DNA of 64,000 bases, from positions 1 through 64,000 of IMG/VR virus record IMGVR_UViG_3300042691_014085. The stretch is one strand, 5' to 3'. The stretch's first letter is position 1, and every line of letters begins with the position of its first letter. The position numbers and the translations under genes are program-made. This document shows positions 36,311 to 45,859 of this stretch, piece after piece. The notes beneath the pieces were generated by a model. The model did no database searches. It had not been told where the DNA came from and worked only from the letters and a program-made list of their open reading frames with translations. This stretch comes from an uncultured virus (IMG/VR IMGVR_UViG_3300042691_014085). Its lineage: Duplodnaviria > Heunggongvirae > Uroviricota > Caudoviricetes.

Positions 36311-37337
36311 TTTTAACCTTTTTAAAATTATTTAAAGTATCTTGTACCGTATTATTTGTTACAGAATAAAAAATTTCATCAAAGTTTTTATTGTTTCTAT
36401 ATTCATAAAACATCTTTAATATAGATTCAAACCCATATTCTGATACAATAAATTCAACAAATATTCTTCCACTAATGTACGGATCAGAATCTATATCAAT
36501 AAATATTTTTCTATCTTGTGCAAAGAGACTATCGTATGGTTTTGATTCAATGTTTGATAATATTGAATAACCAACAAACTCAGCTGATCCTTCTTCTAAC
36601 CATCTAGGAATTGATCTTTTAATAAATGGCGTTAGATCTGCAAGCGACATTTGAGCAAAATGAAAATATTCATGAGCGCCTAAAACTGATGCAGCATTGC
36701 TTGGTTTAAAATTGTCATGAGGTAATCTAAAAAATGTTGAATCAATTAAATTTACACATGCTGCCAAGCTATCTGGATGGATTCCACAAATATTAGATGT
36801 GTTACCTGGTGGTATAAATTTTTTGTGGGTATAAAACCAATCCTTATCTTCTCCACCATAAAAACTATAGGTATCTTGTTTTACAAACCCTGCAAAAATA
36901 TCTTTTGCTTCCATCTCTGTTTTATTAATAGATAAAAAAATATCTTCTGGAATGTCATAATTTTTATAAACAAAATGATTAGATTTTACAGACCTATTTT
37001 TTCCAGCCCAAAGCAAAAAATTTTCTGATGCTTGTTGTGAAAAACTTTTTACCTTTATCCCTGCAGAATATGTTTCTGTTTTAATTGATACCGTAGTAGT
37101 TTCAACAATAGTTGGTATCACAACGTTGTCAAAAATTAGTTTAGATTTTTTCCATACTAACTTATTTTTATTTTTTGTGCATACATATAACTGTTGCTTA
37201 GATGTATATTTAGAATTAATAACAGAACACGGGGAATTTTGTTTGATTGCTGCTTGTCCTGGATGAATAAACATTGAAGAAAAAATAACAGATATAACGC
37301 CAAGCATTGTTGACGTAATAATTTTTTTCATAATCAA
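36303..37337 (-). CDS. secreted zinc metallopeptidase-like protein
   Basis: signal peptide, HEYFH, PRWLEEGSAE. Confidence 0.75.
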   Translation of the reverse strand: MIMKKIITSTMLGVISVIFSSMFIHPGQAAIKQNSPCSVINSKYTSKQQLYVCTKNKNKLVWKKSKLIFDNVVIPTIVETTTVSIKTETYSAGIKVKSFSQQASENFLLWAGKNRSVKSNHFVYKNYDIPEDIFLSINKTEMEAKDIFAGFVKQDTYSFYGGEDKDWFYTHKKFIPPGNTSNICGIHPDSLAACVNLIDSTFFRLPHDNFKPSNAASVLGAHEYFHFAQMSLADLTPFIKRSIPRWLEEGSAEFVGYSILSNIESKPYDSLFAQDRKIFIDIDSDPYISGRIFVEFIVSEYGFESILKMFYEYRNNKNFDEIFYSVTNNTVQDTLNNFKKVKNG

Positions 37338-37543
37338 ATATCCAATACTTTAACAGTAAAAAAGCATGGATCTCCACCATCTTCCCACTCTTGCATTTCT
37401 TCATCAGTCATATAGGGGTCACCCTCATGAGTATAACAAAATGGCTTTGATACCCACCCACGGTCTATGCCGTTTTGCAACCATATTCCAAACTCTTTAT
37501 CATCAATGTCTTTACTAAATTCTTCTTCAAAGTTGATATCCAT
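37334..37543 (-). CDS. hypothetical phage protein
   Basis: W...GI.RGW...C.TH.G...GGDPC. Confidence 0.75.
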   Translation of the reverse strand: MDINFEEEFSKDIDDKEFGIWLQNGIDRGWVSKPFCYTHEGDPYMTDEEMQEWEDGGDPCFFTVKVLDI

Positions 37544-37558
37544 ATATATATTCTACAA

Positions 37559-38080
37559 CTACTTGCTAAGAAAGTCAACTGGGTAAAGGCATTGTGGGCT
37601 ATACATTATTGCAGCATCAAGAGCTTGAGTCAGCCTACGCTTTGGGTCTTTATAGTTTTGGGTAGCATGAAGAGAGCCCAAAGCATAAGCCGAACCTGAT
37701 CCTATGGCATGAAAATGCGAATCATAGGAAATCATTGCAAGTGTTGCCGTTTCATGTTCAAACATTCTGCCTTTTACACATATAAGTAAAGATAATTCTG
37801 ATTCTTTTTCAACTCTCATTCCCCACTTATCATAAAATGCCTTAATAGATTCAAGAAATTTTGTACGCATAAACTTGTCCACATTGCCCTCAACGGCAGG
37901 AGGTTTAAAGTTATTTTGTATTATTTGTGCTTCAAGACCACCGCAATATCCCATAAGATAATCACCAGTCTTCCATATTTTTGGTGTATCTATCTTAGAT
38001 ATATGCGAATCATCAGTAACGGCTCTTTCACCAGCCATATATGCTTTGCCGTCTTTGATTATTGCAGCGATACAAGTCAT
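37559..38080 (-). CDS. HslV/proteasome-beta-like Ntn-hydrolase
   Basis: N-terminal MTCI, AIGSGS.YALG. Confidence 0.8.
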   Translation of the reverse strand: MTCIAAIIKDGKAYMAGERAVTDDSHISKIDTPKIWKTGDYLMGYCGGLEAQIIQNNFKPPAVEGNVDKFMRTKFLESIKAFYDKWGMRVEKESELSLLICVKGRMFEHETATLAMISYDSHFHAIGSGSAYALGSLHATQNYKDPKRRLTQALDAAIMYSPQCLYPVDFLSK

Positions 38081-38136
38081 GCTTACCCCTAGCTTCTTAA
38101 CTAGTATATCAAAAGATTTTTATATCGTCAAGTATG

Positions 38137-38760
38137 CTATTTTACTGCTTGTCCACATGTTGGACACTTTTTAGTATCTGACTGCTTAAGATCTTCATCT
38201 TTTATACCAAATGTTTTTTCTTCTGTAGCTGTCAATGATGCGTCTTGCTTGGCTGCCCCACCCTTAAACTTAGGGCGACCAAATCCAACTATAGAAATCT
38301 GAACACCTTTTTTATTTTTCTTATATGCACGAAGCTGCTTACAAACTTCTCCACCATTTCGCTGGCTTCCGCCTTTACGATTAGTGGTGTTTCCTTCAAT
38401 GCACCAAACAGTTCCATCTTCGTTGTCTTTGATAACAATCCCAACATGTGAGATACGATCTACGCCATCAGCAGGGAAATCAAAATAGGCTATATCGCCT
38501 GCCTCTGGATCTGCAATATCTCCGTCAATCCATTTGCCAGCTTTCTTAAATGCTGCTGCTCCTGATGGTGTGTATACAGTATTAGGAACCTTTACGCCAG
38601 CTTGATCAGCGCACCACATAACAAATGATCCACACCATGGTTGAAAGTTTGCCTTAGTAAATTTGCCATACTTAGTCTCATTATCACGAGGGCCTTCAAT
38701 AACTCCAAGCTCACCCTTTGCAATTTCAATAAGTTTGGCTGCTGTTCCCATTTCTGCCAT
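38137..38760 (-). CDS. CHAP-domain endolysin
   Basis: PWCGSFV.W, HVGIV, IEGNT, GFGRP. Confidence 0.9.
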   Translation of the reverse strand: MAEMGTAAKLIEIAKGELGVIEGPRDNETKYGKFTKANFQPWCGSFVMWCADQAGVKVPNTVYTPSGAAAFKKAGKWIDGDIADPEAGDIAYFDFPADGVDRISHVGIVIKDNEDGTVWCIEGNTTNRKGGSQRNGGEVCKQLRAYKKNKKGVQISIVGFGRPKFKGGAAKQDASLTATEEKTFGIKDEDLKQSDTKKCPTCGQAVK

Positions 38761-38762
38761 GA

Positions 38763-38984
38763 TTAATCCTCTTTCACTTTACCAGCAAAATATCCGCCGA
38801 TAATTCCAATAAGACCCACTAAAGCATTTTGTACTAAAGCGATTGCGTCTTCATTGGTACTATATTTTTCACCTGAAGTAAATTGTTGTGCAAGCATTGA
38901 AGCATATTCACCTATAACAACAAGCCCTATAAAGCCTAAGATTCCTAGAGTAATGTAAACCATTAATTTATCTTTAATTTTCAT
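38763..38984 (-). CDS. two-TM membrane protein
   Basis: hydrophobic helices, GIIGGYF. Confidence 0.75.
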   Translation of the reverse strand: MKIKDKLMVYITLGILGFIGLVVIGEYASMLAQQFTSGEKYSTNEDAIALVQNALVGLIGIIGGYFAGKVKED

Positions 38985-39385
38985 TAGTCTTTGTCCCAGT
39001 CTTCATCAACTTCTGTTTCTTCTGGCATTTCGCCTTCTGGTTTTCCAGTGGGGATCTCTTCCGTTATTTCCTGAATAGCTGGTGCCTCTTCTTCAGTTGA
39101 AGCAGAAATATTTGCTTGATCTGCCATTGCGTCTTTCATTTCTTGTGCACCGCTTTTACCAATGAGCAAACCTGCGAGGGTACCAGTAATAAATGTAGCA
39201 ACACTACCAAGAACATTAAAGAACATCTTGTCATTTTCAGACTGTGCATTTACTGGCTGAGTTACAAATATAAGGGCATAAAGAATGCCAAGTGTTGTTG
39301 ATAATAAAATAACCCCAAGCATTATGCCCAGAGCAAACTTTAGCCGTGCATCTAATTCAGCTGATGTATATCTTGATTTACTCAT
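38984..39385 (-). CDS. two-TM membrane protein with acidic tail
   Basis: LYALIFVTQP, FITGTLAG. Confidence 0.8.
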   Translation of the reverse strand: MSKSRYTSAELDARLKFALGIMLGVILLSTTLGILYALIFVTQPVNAQSENDKMFFNVLGSVATFITGTLAGLLIGKSGAQEMKDAMADQANISASTEEEAPAIQEITEEIPTGKPEGEMPEETEVDEDWDKD

Positions 39386-39611
39386 TTGTTGTTTCTTCCT
39401 CTACTACCGTCTCATCTATTGTACCATCAACTACATCGGTACCCACTAAATCTTCTGGACATGCCCCATTAGCAGTACATATTGGGGGCTTGCAATCTTC
39501 TGTATTCCAATTAGCAGGATCCTGGCATGGATATCTATAGTGCCCATCGTACCCGCAGCTTGATAATGCTACTACCAAAAATATGGAGGCTAATATTTTT
39601 GAGATCTTCAT
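39378..39611 (-). CDS. small lipoprotein
   Basis: lipobox LSSC; YRYPCQDP..W...C.PP.C...G.C; start behind GGAGG. Confidence 0.75.
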   Translation of the reverse strand: MKISKILASIFLVVALSSCGYDGHYRYPCQDPANWNTEDCKPPICTANGACPEDLVGTDVVDGTIDETVVEEETTNE

Positions 39612-39627
39612 AGCCTCCATTATAACA

Positions 39628-39810
39628 CTATTCTTCTTCTGCCCTTGCTCGGACACCAATGGTAAGGAACCAGAGGGCTATTGATAATAATGTCACATAT
39701 CCTACGACTGTCTTTGCACTGCCCTCTAATACTACCCACGCAACAAAAAAGCCTAGGAAGGTGAAGTTTTCATTAAGGATAGCCAGCACCCTGTCTTTAA
39801 TCCATTTCAT
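39628..39810 (-). CDS. small membrane protein
   Basis: two hydrophobic segments. Confidence 0.7.
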   Translation of the reverse strand: MKWIKDRVLAILNENFTFLGFFVAWVVLEGSAKTVVGYVTLLSIALWFLTIGVRARAEEE

Positions 39811-39813
39811 TTC

Positions 39814-42240
39814 TTACCTCCTAAGTATTGATCCTGCTACTACAATTTGCCCCACTATGACTGTGACAACTACTATATCCTCAGCCTTCTCTCTAACCTC
39901 TGGAGACATATCCGCACCCACATTAGCAAAAGCCATCAAGACTTTGCCTGGATCAGAAAATACCTCAGAGAATAACTCTCCTACATCTTCAAATACTTCA
40001 AGGGCATCTGCAACTTCAGCAGTTAGCACTACACCATTTTCTAATTCAACTGGAGTATCTGGTGGTAGATCTTCATAATCTATACCAGATTCTGCTATTG
40101 CTTCTGCTGTTATCGGATTCCCGCCAGCATTTTCAAATAATGCATTTACTATAAGTTCTTTTTGTTCTTCCGTAATTACCCCGCCAGATTCTGCAGCTTC
40201 TCTAGCTTCTTCTTTAGCCTCTTCTATTTTTGCAAGCCTCTGCTCTTCTTTAGTTTTAGCAATAAGATCTTGTGTTGATGAAGATAAGTCTGATATTTCA
40301 TCTTCTACCGATTCTTTTTCTGCCTCTGTGTCTTCTATTTTTTTCTCTGAATTTTCAGATTCAGTTGTCTTATTTGCAAAATCTGTTTCTGCTTTTTCTA
40401 CTCTAGATTTAGATGATTCTAATTTAGATTCTGCCGTTGTTTTTTCAGTTTCTTTTGTTTGATATTCTAAATATAAGGAATATTTTTCTTCCGTCAAGTT
40501 TTGTGAATTTGATTCTTCGGCAGACAACTCTGTTTCTTTATTAGATATTTCTGATTCTATGCTAGATTGTTCTGATTCTAAAGTAGTTTTATTGGATTCT
40601 AATTCTGCAAGCTCTGCCTCTTGTTTGGCTAATTCATTTTGTTTTTCCGTCAGATTATTTTTTAAAGCATTGCTATCAGCTAATAATTTATCTAACGTTA
40701 CCTGTTCTTTTTCAAGATTAGATGAGGCTGTAGATAGGCTAGACTGTGCACTATTTTTTTGAGATATCAAAGAAGCTAACGTTGAATTAGCAGAACTTAG
40801 AGTGGCAGTCTTGGTGTCATGATTTGATTGTGCTACCGATTTTGCCTGAATATATGATTGCAATGTAGCATTTTCAACATTATATAATGCGGTTGCTGTA
40901 TCCCTAGCATCTAATTGTTCTTGTGTTGGTGCTGCTCCGTGTGAGAATGTATTTAAATTACAGCTAAATGCTACACCCCAGCCTCCAGTATAGTCACATC
41001 CTGCCGTAGTAAATCCTCCAGGAATTGCCCATCCCAGCAAATAACTTCCTGGCCCACCTCCGTTGTACCACCAAATTTCTACATTTAAAGTTTTATTTAC
41101 ACTTACATCATATATAGGAGAATAAGCGCTCCATGTTGTTCCTTGCTCTACCCAATTATTTACTGCAAGGTTTCCGTTCACATACATTCTAAACCCGTCA
41201 TCTGTATATCCTGCAAACTTAGTAGAAGTCCAGTGTGATGGTACAGTAATTTTTCCAGTAAATTTAACAATAACATCATAGTATCTATCACCACATACTG
41301 GAAGATTCATAGAGCCCGAATTCAAAACGCCAGTACATATTACAGAACCAGGCACTGCTATATGCTGTCCATTAACATAGCCATCCCTCAATAGATCATA
41401 TACAGTATATTGAAGTCCTGTTGATCCAGCATTATTAACTGCATTTTCTGCATTAGTTTTATTTGTAAGAGCGGTAGCAACAACAGTTTCCTGACTGCTA
41501 ACTGCGTTTGTTGCAGAAGTTAATGCTGACTGTGTAACATTATATTCTGATTGTGCGGTAGAAACAACAGACTGTTGGTTTGTTATTGCGGTAGTCAAAG
41601 ATGATATAGTTGTATTTAAAGAATCAACTTCTGACTTAATATTATTTACCACTGTAGACTGGCTATTGATTGAACCATTTAAAGCAGATATAGAGGACTC
41701 AAGACTTGCTATAGCAGATTTTGTTCCAGATACAAGATCTTGCTTATTTTTGATCTGTTCTATAACCACTACTATTTCAGCCTTTTTAGCATCTAACTTT
41801 TCCTTTTCAGATACTAGAGTAGACTTTATTGACTCTATTAAATCAAGCTTTTCTTTTAATTCCGCTTCTTTTTCATTGTATTTTGCTAGGGCTTCTTCAA
41901 GAGTTGATTTAGCCTCTTCAAGTTCTGATGTAGATAGATCTAACTCTTCTTTTGATTGTTCAAGCTCTTCTTCTGACTTTGCTAAAAGTTCTTTGTTTTT
42001 CTTATCAGTCTCAATAGCAGAATCTAATTGATTTTTTAATTGATTTGATTTATTTATTGCGCCTTGAATATTTGATATGGCCGCTTTAATATCATCTGTT
42101 ACTGGATCTAAACCAGCGAGTTGGGATTGAATTTGATCTATCTGTGTATTGGCTTCTGCTGCATACATGCCAAAAAGAGAAGTCGTTATTACTAGCCCCG
42201 AAACAATTAGTATTCTGAATAACTTACGAATATAGTTCAT
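39814..42240 (-). CDS. exported coiled-coil protein with central PA14 domain and C-terminal membrane anchor
   Basis: signal peptide; F.GYTDDGFRMYVNG...NNW..QG...WYNGGG; long heptad arms. Confidence 0.8.
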   Translation of the reverse strand: MNYIRKLFRILIVSGLVITTSLFGMYAAEANTQIDQIQSQLAGLDPVTDDIKAAISNIQGAINKSNQLKNQLDSAIETDKKNKELLAKSEEELEQSKEELDLSTSELEEAKSTLEEALAKYNEKEAELKEKLDLIESIKSTLVSEKEKLDAKKAEIVVVIEQIKNKQDLVSGTKSAIASLESSISALNGSINSQSTVVNNIKSEVDSLNTTISSLTTAITNQQSVVSTAQSEYNVTQSALTSATNAVSSQETVVATALTNKTNAENAVNNAGSTGLQYTVYDLLRDGYVNGQHIAVPGSVICTGVLNSGSMNLPVCGDRYYDVIVKFTGKITVPSHWTSTKFAGYTDDGFRMYVNGNLAVNNWVEQGTTWSAYSPIYDVSVNKTLNVEIWWYNGGGPGSYLLGWAIPGGFTTAGCDYTGGWGVAFSCNLNTFSHGAAPTQEQLDARDTATALYNVENATLQSYIQAKSVAQSNHDTKTATLSSANSTLASLISQKNSAQSSLSTASSNLEKEQVTLDKLLADSNALKNNLTEKQNELAKQEAELAELESNKTTLESEQSSIESEISNKETELSAEESNSQNLTEEKYSLYLEYQTKETEKTTAESKLESSKSRVEKAETDFANKTTESENSEKKIEDTEAEKESVEDEISDLSSSTQDLIAKTKEEQRLAKIEEAKEEAREAAESGGVITEEQKELIVNALFENAGGNPITAEAIAESGIDYEDLPPDTPVELENGVVLTAEVADALEVFEDVGELFSEVFSDPGKVLMAFANVGADMSPEVREKAEDIVVVTVIVGQIVVAGSILRR

Positions 42241-42286
42241 AAGGGCTACCTAGGTGTAATTATATCATTATTTAATTTTTTGCAAT

Positions 42287-42314
42287 AAAAAAGGGGGCAA
42301 GTTTCCCTGCCCCC
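42287..42314 (-). terminator. intrinsic terminator
   Basis: GGGGGCAGG-gaaa-CTTGCCCCC followed by T6 on minus strand. Confidence 0.8.
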
Positions 42315-42328
42315 ATTTTATAAGCTAA

Positions 42329-44065
42329 TTACTTTAGCTTTTTAGCAATTGCGTTAATTGTCTTTTGCATTGCAGTAATTTGCTTAACAATCTTTGCTAC
42401 CTCAAGTGCAAGAGTGTTAACTGCTGTTAGTGCATCCTGTGCAGCTTTAGCAGCCTCTGCAGAAGCAAGAGCAGCCTTGTCAGCGGCTTCCTGAGCAGAA
42501 GTTGCAGCCTTAGTTGCATCTACTGCAGCATCTGTTGCAGCCTGTGCTGCAGCAAGTGCCTCATCAGAAGCTTGTCGTGCAGGATTAAATACTGTCGCAG
42601 TATCACGAATCACTACACGTCCTGCCTCAACCAGAGAAGTTCCACCAGTGGCAGAAATAACAACATCTCCTTCAGCAGAAGGCATAAATACCTTAAATGT
42701 CTTGGTTGCTGTTGTTGTATCTGTAGTTACAGAAACACCAGTAATAACATCACTTGCTGATCCGAATGCATAGGATGTAGAAATTCCACCTGTTGCAAAC
42801 AGATTTGCAAATGTTTGACCAGTAAGTGCAAGACCTGCAGCATCTGTTACAGAAACAGTAATAACTGCTGCCTCACCTGGGGTATATTGCTTCTTATCAA
42901 AGGCAATTACTACCTTAGCAGCAGCACCTTCAACACGAACAGAAGCAGTATCTGCAATAGATCCAGAGTAAACCCCTACCTTTGCATTACCAGTTCTTAC
43001 ACCAGTAAGATTAAACTTTGCTACACCATCAACAATAGTTGCGGATGTTGCAGAGTTGCTGACTACACCAAGCGTATCTGATGTTGCAAGCAATGTTCCA
43101 CTACCAACGACAACCCCATTAGCATCGTATGCAACTGCTGTAATAGCATCAGCATTTGATCCAACAGTAAGTACTGGCTTTGCAGCAGTAGCAACAATCT
43201 TAGCAATGTCGCCAAAGAATGTTACCTTCTCCGTAGCAAGAACAACATTTGAAGCAGATGTGATAGTTACTGTTCCAACTCCAGCAGTACCGTCAGAAAA
43301 TACACCAATGTAATTTCCTGCTGGTACAACCATTGCACGAACAGATCCCGTCATGGTTGCATGGTTTGATCCATGTCCAAGAAGTCCAGGACCAGAGACT
43401 GTTACTGTAAGAGACTCTGAGGCATTTCCACCTGCAACGTTCTTTTGAGTTACAACAATAACTGCTGCTGCATCAGAAGATACTGTCTTTGAAGCAAAGA
43501 CTGTAGCATCTGCAGTTGCAGAAATTGTCTCACCCTTATTAATAATAGATGTAGATGTTGTTGCAGAAGCCTTTAGGTCTAATGCATTTACTGTCACAGT
43601 CCAGACCAACGGTGATGCCGTAATGCGACCACCAGAGCTCTTTAATACTGGATACAAATTTACAACATATGTTCCTGCAGCAGATGGTGCAACAAGTGCA
43701 ACATTGAGCTTAGCAGTAATTTGTGCTGCTGCATTAACTGTTGAGCTAATATCAGCAGATGTGTTCCCCCCACCAAGAGTAACAACTGAACTGGATGTTT
43801 CTGCTACAGAAAGAACAGCAGACTTACCAGCACCTGTTGGTTGACTTGATACAAGGGAGAGAACAGAAACGGTATCGCCAGAATTTTCTGCAATAAAGGT
43901 GAGAGTTACAACTGCTGTTGCGGTCTCGCCTGCCGAAATCGTATCTGCAACTGCATCAATAGCAAAGCTATCAGCAAGAACTGCAGAGTTAGATGGAATC
44001 GCAGAAAATGTGCCAAATGTCAAGGCTGCAGCCAAGATCATAGCAATCTTCTTCAATGAATTCAT
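42329..44065 (-). CDS. secreted Ala/Thr/Val-rich Ig-like (S-layer-like) protein
   Basis: signal peptide MNSLKKIA, beta-rich domains, C-terminal Ala-rich coiled coil ending IAKKLK. Confidence 0.75.
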   Translation of the reverse strand: MNSLKKIAMILAAALTFGTFSAIPSNSAVLADSFAIDAVADTISAGETATAVVTLTFIAENSGDTVSVLSLVSSQPTGAGKSAVLSVAETSSSVVTLGGGNTSADISSTVNAAAQITAKLNVALVAPSAAGTYVVNLYPVLKSSGGRITASPLVWTVTVNALDLKASATTSTSIINKGETISATADATVFASKTVSSDAAAVIVVTQKNVAGGNASESLTVTVSGPGLLGHGSNHATMTGSVRAMVVPAGNYIGVFSDGTAGVGTVTITSASNVVLATEKVTFFGDIAKIVATAAKPVLTVGSNADAITAVAYDANGVVVGSGTLLATSDTLGVVSNSATSATIVDGVAKFNLTGVRTGNAKVGVYSGSIADTASVRVEGAAAKVVIAFDKKQYTPGEAAVITVSVTDAAGLALTGQTFANLFATGGISTSYAFGSASDVITGVSVTTDTTTATKTFKVFMPSAEGDVVISATGGTSLVEAGRVVIRDTATVFNPARQASDEALAAAQAATDAAVDATKAATSAQEAADKAALASAEAAKAAQDALTAVNTLALEVAKIVKQITAMQKTINAIAKKLK

Positions 44066-44077
44066 TTTTCTCCTTGT

Positions 44078-45859
44078 TTATATTAGTTTATATTCGTCTA
44101 GAAAGTCCATAACGTCGTCAGGAATTTCCTTGTCCAATTCTACCATACCCTTATTTTGTTCTGCAAGTCGGGAGGCAGAAGACCATGTATGGACTTCTAT
44201 TTCTATGTTAGAGTCTCTACTTGTATGCGATATAGCTCCAAATACCGCTCCGCATACAGCATCTGCTAAGTCCTTAGATTTCTTTCTAGGGTGATCTACT
44301 CTTTTGCCATTATCTGTTATCTTTAGTTCAGACATTTCTTCTAATAGAATTGGCAGCATTGGCATTGCAACACGCTCTTCGTATATCATCATAGCAAGAT
44401 CTTCGTAGTGTTTTTTAGCTACCGAAACAGTATCAGTTCTCATGCCTACTGCTTTTAATTCTTGTTGTATATCAAATGATTGCCATCGGTCAAATGTAAC
44501 CATTCCAACATTAAAACCTTCTCTACGAAGATTCATAATCCATTTTTTAACTTCTGATAAATCAACTGGGCCTTCTATCTTAGGTTCCCACCAAGCTACA
44601 GCATCAACAACAACTACAGGAGCTACCTGTTCGTAATCTTTTATTACTTGAATGTTTACCCATCGTTCAACATGTGCAATAGCAACAGCGCACTTGTCAT
44701 GTTTTTGAGCAAGGTCAGCATGAATATAATATGTTTTATCTGGATCTGGCTTAAAGTTTGAATCAAAACGTCTGTGATTATCCAATGGATTTCTAAGCGT
44801 CATACACTTTTCCAACTTATCTCTTTGCTTAAAGAATGCATCAGAAGAGTATGTTGGAGTACAAAGGAATCTCATCATTGCATCTCCAGGATCTGTCAAA
44901 AATGCAATCTTAAAATCATCAATCTTTCTAGTAGGATTTACTTCCCATGTTGGACGTTTTAGTGCAAACATTCTAGGATATTTGTATGATTTTATATGAT
45001 CTTCTTCCCAAACAATTTCAAATTCATTGTCTGGTCCTTCTGGCAACTCTTCATTAATAACAAACTTATATCTACGTTCAAGAGTGTCTTTGTCCATAAT
45101 AACATCTTCATACCGCTTTGAAATAAAGTCACCTTGATATCGGGGAAATGAAAGAAGAACTACTTTGCCTAAATCAGGAAAACGAGAATCTACAGTACCA
45201 CGAAATGCTTTATAAATATTGTCAGCAGTTTTTCCTTGATCATTGCCAGTTCCAACCTCAGTAGCAAATCCAGATATTTCATCAAGTACTGCCATAAATA
45301 AATTTAGACCTTCATGTGACTCACGTTCTGAATGACCTGAATAAACAGTTATTGATTTATTAAAAGTAATTGAGTTTACTTTAGGATCATATTTTCCAGC
45401 AAACCACGGTGACTTTTCAATTTTATTTCTAAAACCTTTGAAGAAAACATTCTTTGCTTGTTCAGCGTTAATAGCGACATTGATAATGTCTATGGCATCT
45501 CCTGGTGGCTTTCCGAAATATCTGGCAGGATCTTTAAGACATAATAGTTTATACACAACATAAGCACAAGCAACGGTAGAAGTATGGTCTTTACCACTAC
45601 CCTTGCCAAGTTGAAGGATGATTTCATTTTTAGTATATTTGTCATAATGTCTTGCTCCTGCTTCTGTTCCCATCAGAATTTGTAGCTCAGGCTTACGATA
45701 TATTTGGCTCATGGCCTCAACTATTTCATACTGTATTTTAGATAGGGGTGGTTGTCCCAAATATTCTGAAGACTCAACAAATGTTACTACATCTACTGGC
45801 TTTTCTTCAAAATGATTATCTTCTAGCGCTTCAAGAAAATCATTGAACATCGTGGACAA
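44078..45859 (-). CDS. terL: terminase large subunit
   Basis: GKGSGKD Walker A, VLDE Walker B, HADLA and KDLADAV nuclease motifs. Confidence 0.95.
   Translation of the reverse strand: MSTMFNDFLEALEDNHFEEKPVDVVTFVESSEYLGQPPLSKIQYEIVEAMSQIYRKPELQILMGTEAGARHYDKYTKNEIILQLGKGSGKDHTSTVACAYVVYKLLCLKDPARYFGKPPGDAIDIINVAINAEQAKNVFFKGFRNKIEKSPWFAGKYDPKVNSITFNKSITVYSGHSERESHEGLNLFMAVLDEISGFATEVGTGNDQGKTADNIYKAFRGTVDSRFPDLGKVVLLSFPRYQGDFISKRYEDVIMDKDTLERRYKFVINEELPEGPDNEFEIVWEEDHIKSYKYPRMFALKRPTWEVNPTRKIDDFKIAFLTDPGDAMMRFLCTPTYSSDAFFKQRDKLEKCMTLRNPLDNHRRFDSNFKPDPDKTYYIHADLAQKHDKCAVAIAHVERWVNIQVIKDYEQVAPVVVVDAVAWWEPKIEGPVDLSEVKKWIMNLRREGFNVGMVTFDRWQSFDIQQELKAVGMRTDTVSVAKKHYEDLAMMIYEERVAMPMLPILLEEMSELKITDNGKRVDHPRKKSKDLADAVCGAVFGAISHTSRDSNIEIEVHTWSSASRLAEQNKGMVELDKEIPDDVMDFLDEYKLI

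Noticed and set aside
39659..44294. Plus-strand ORFs opposite the large minus-strand genes, and similar antisense ORFs elsewhere
   Set aside because: Shadow frames of strongly biased real genes, with no RBS or recognisable motifs
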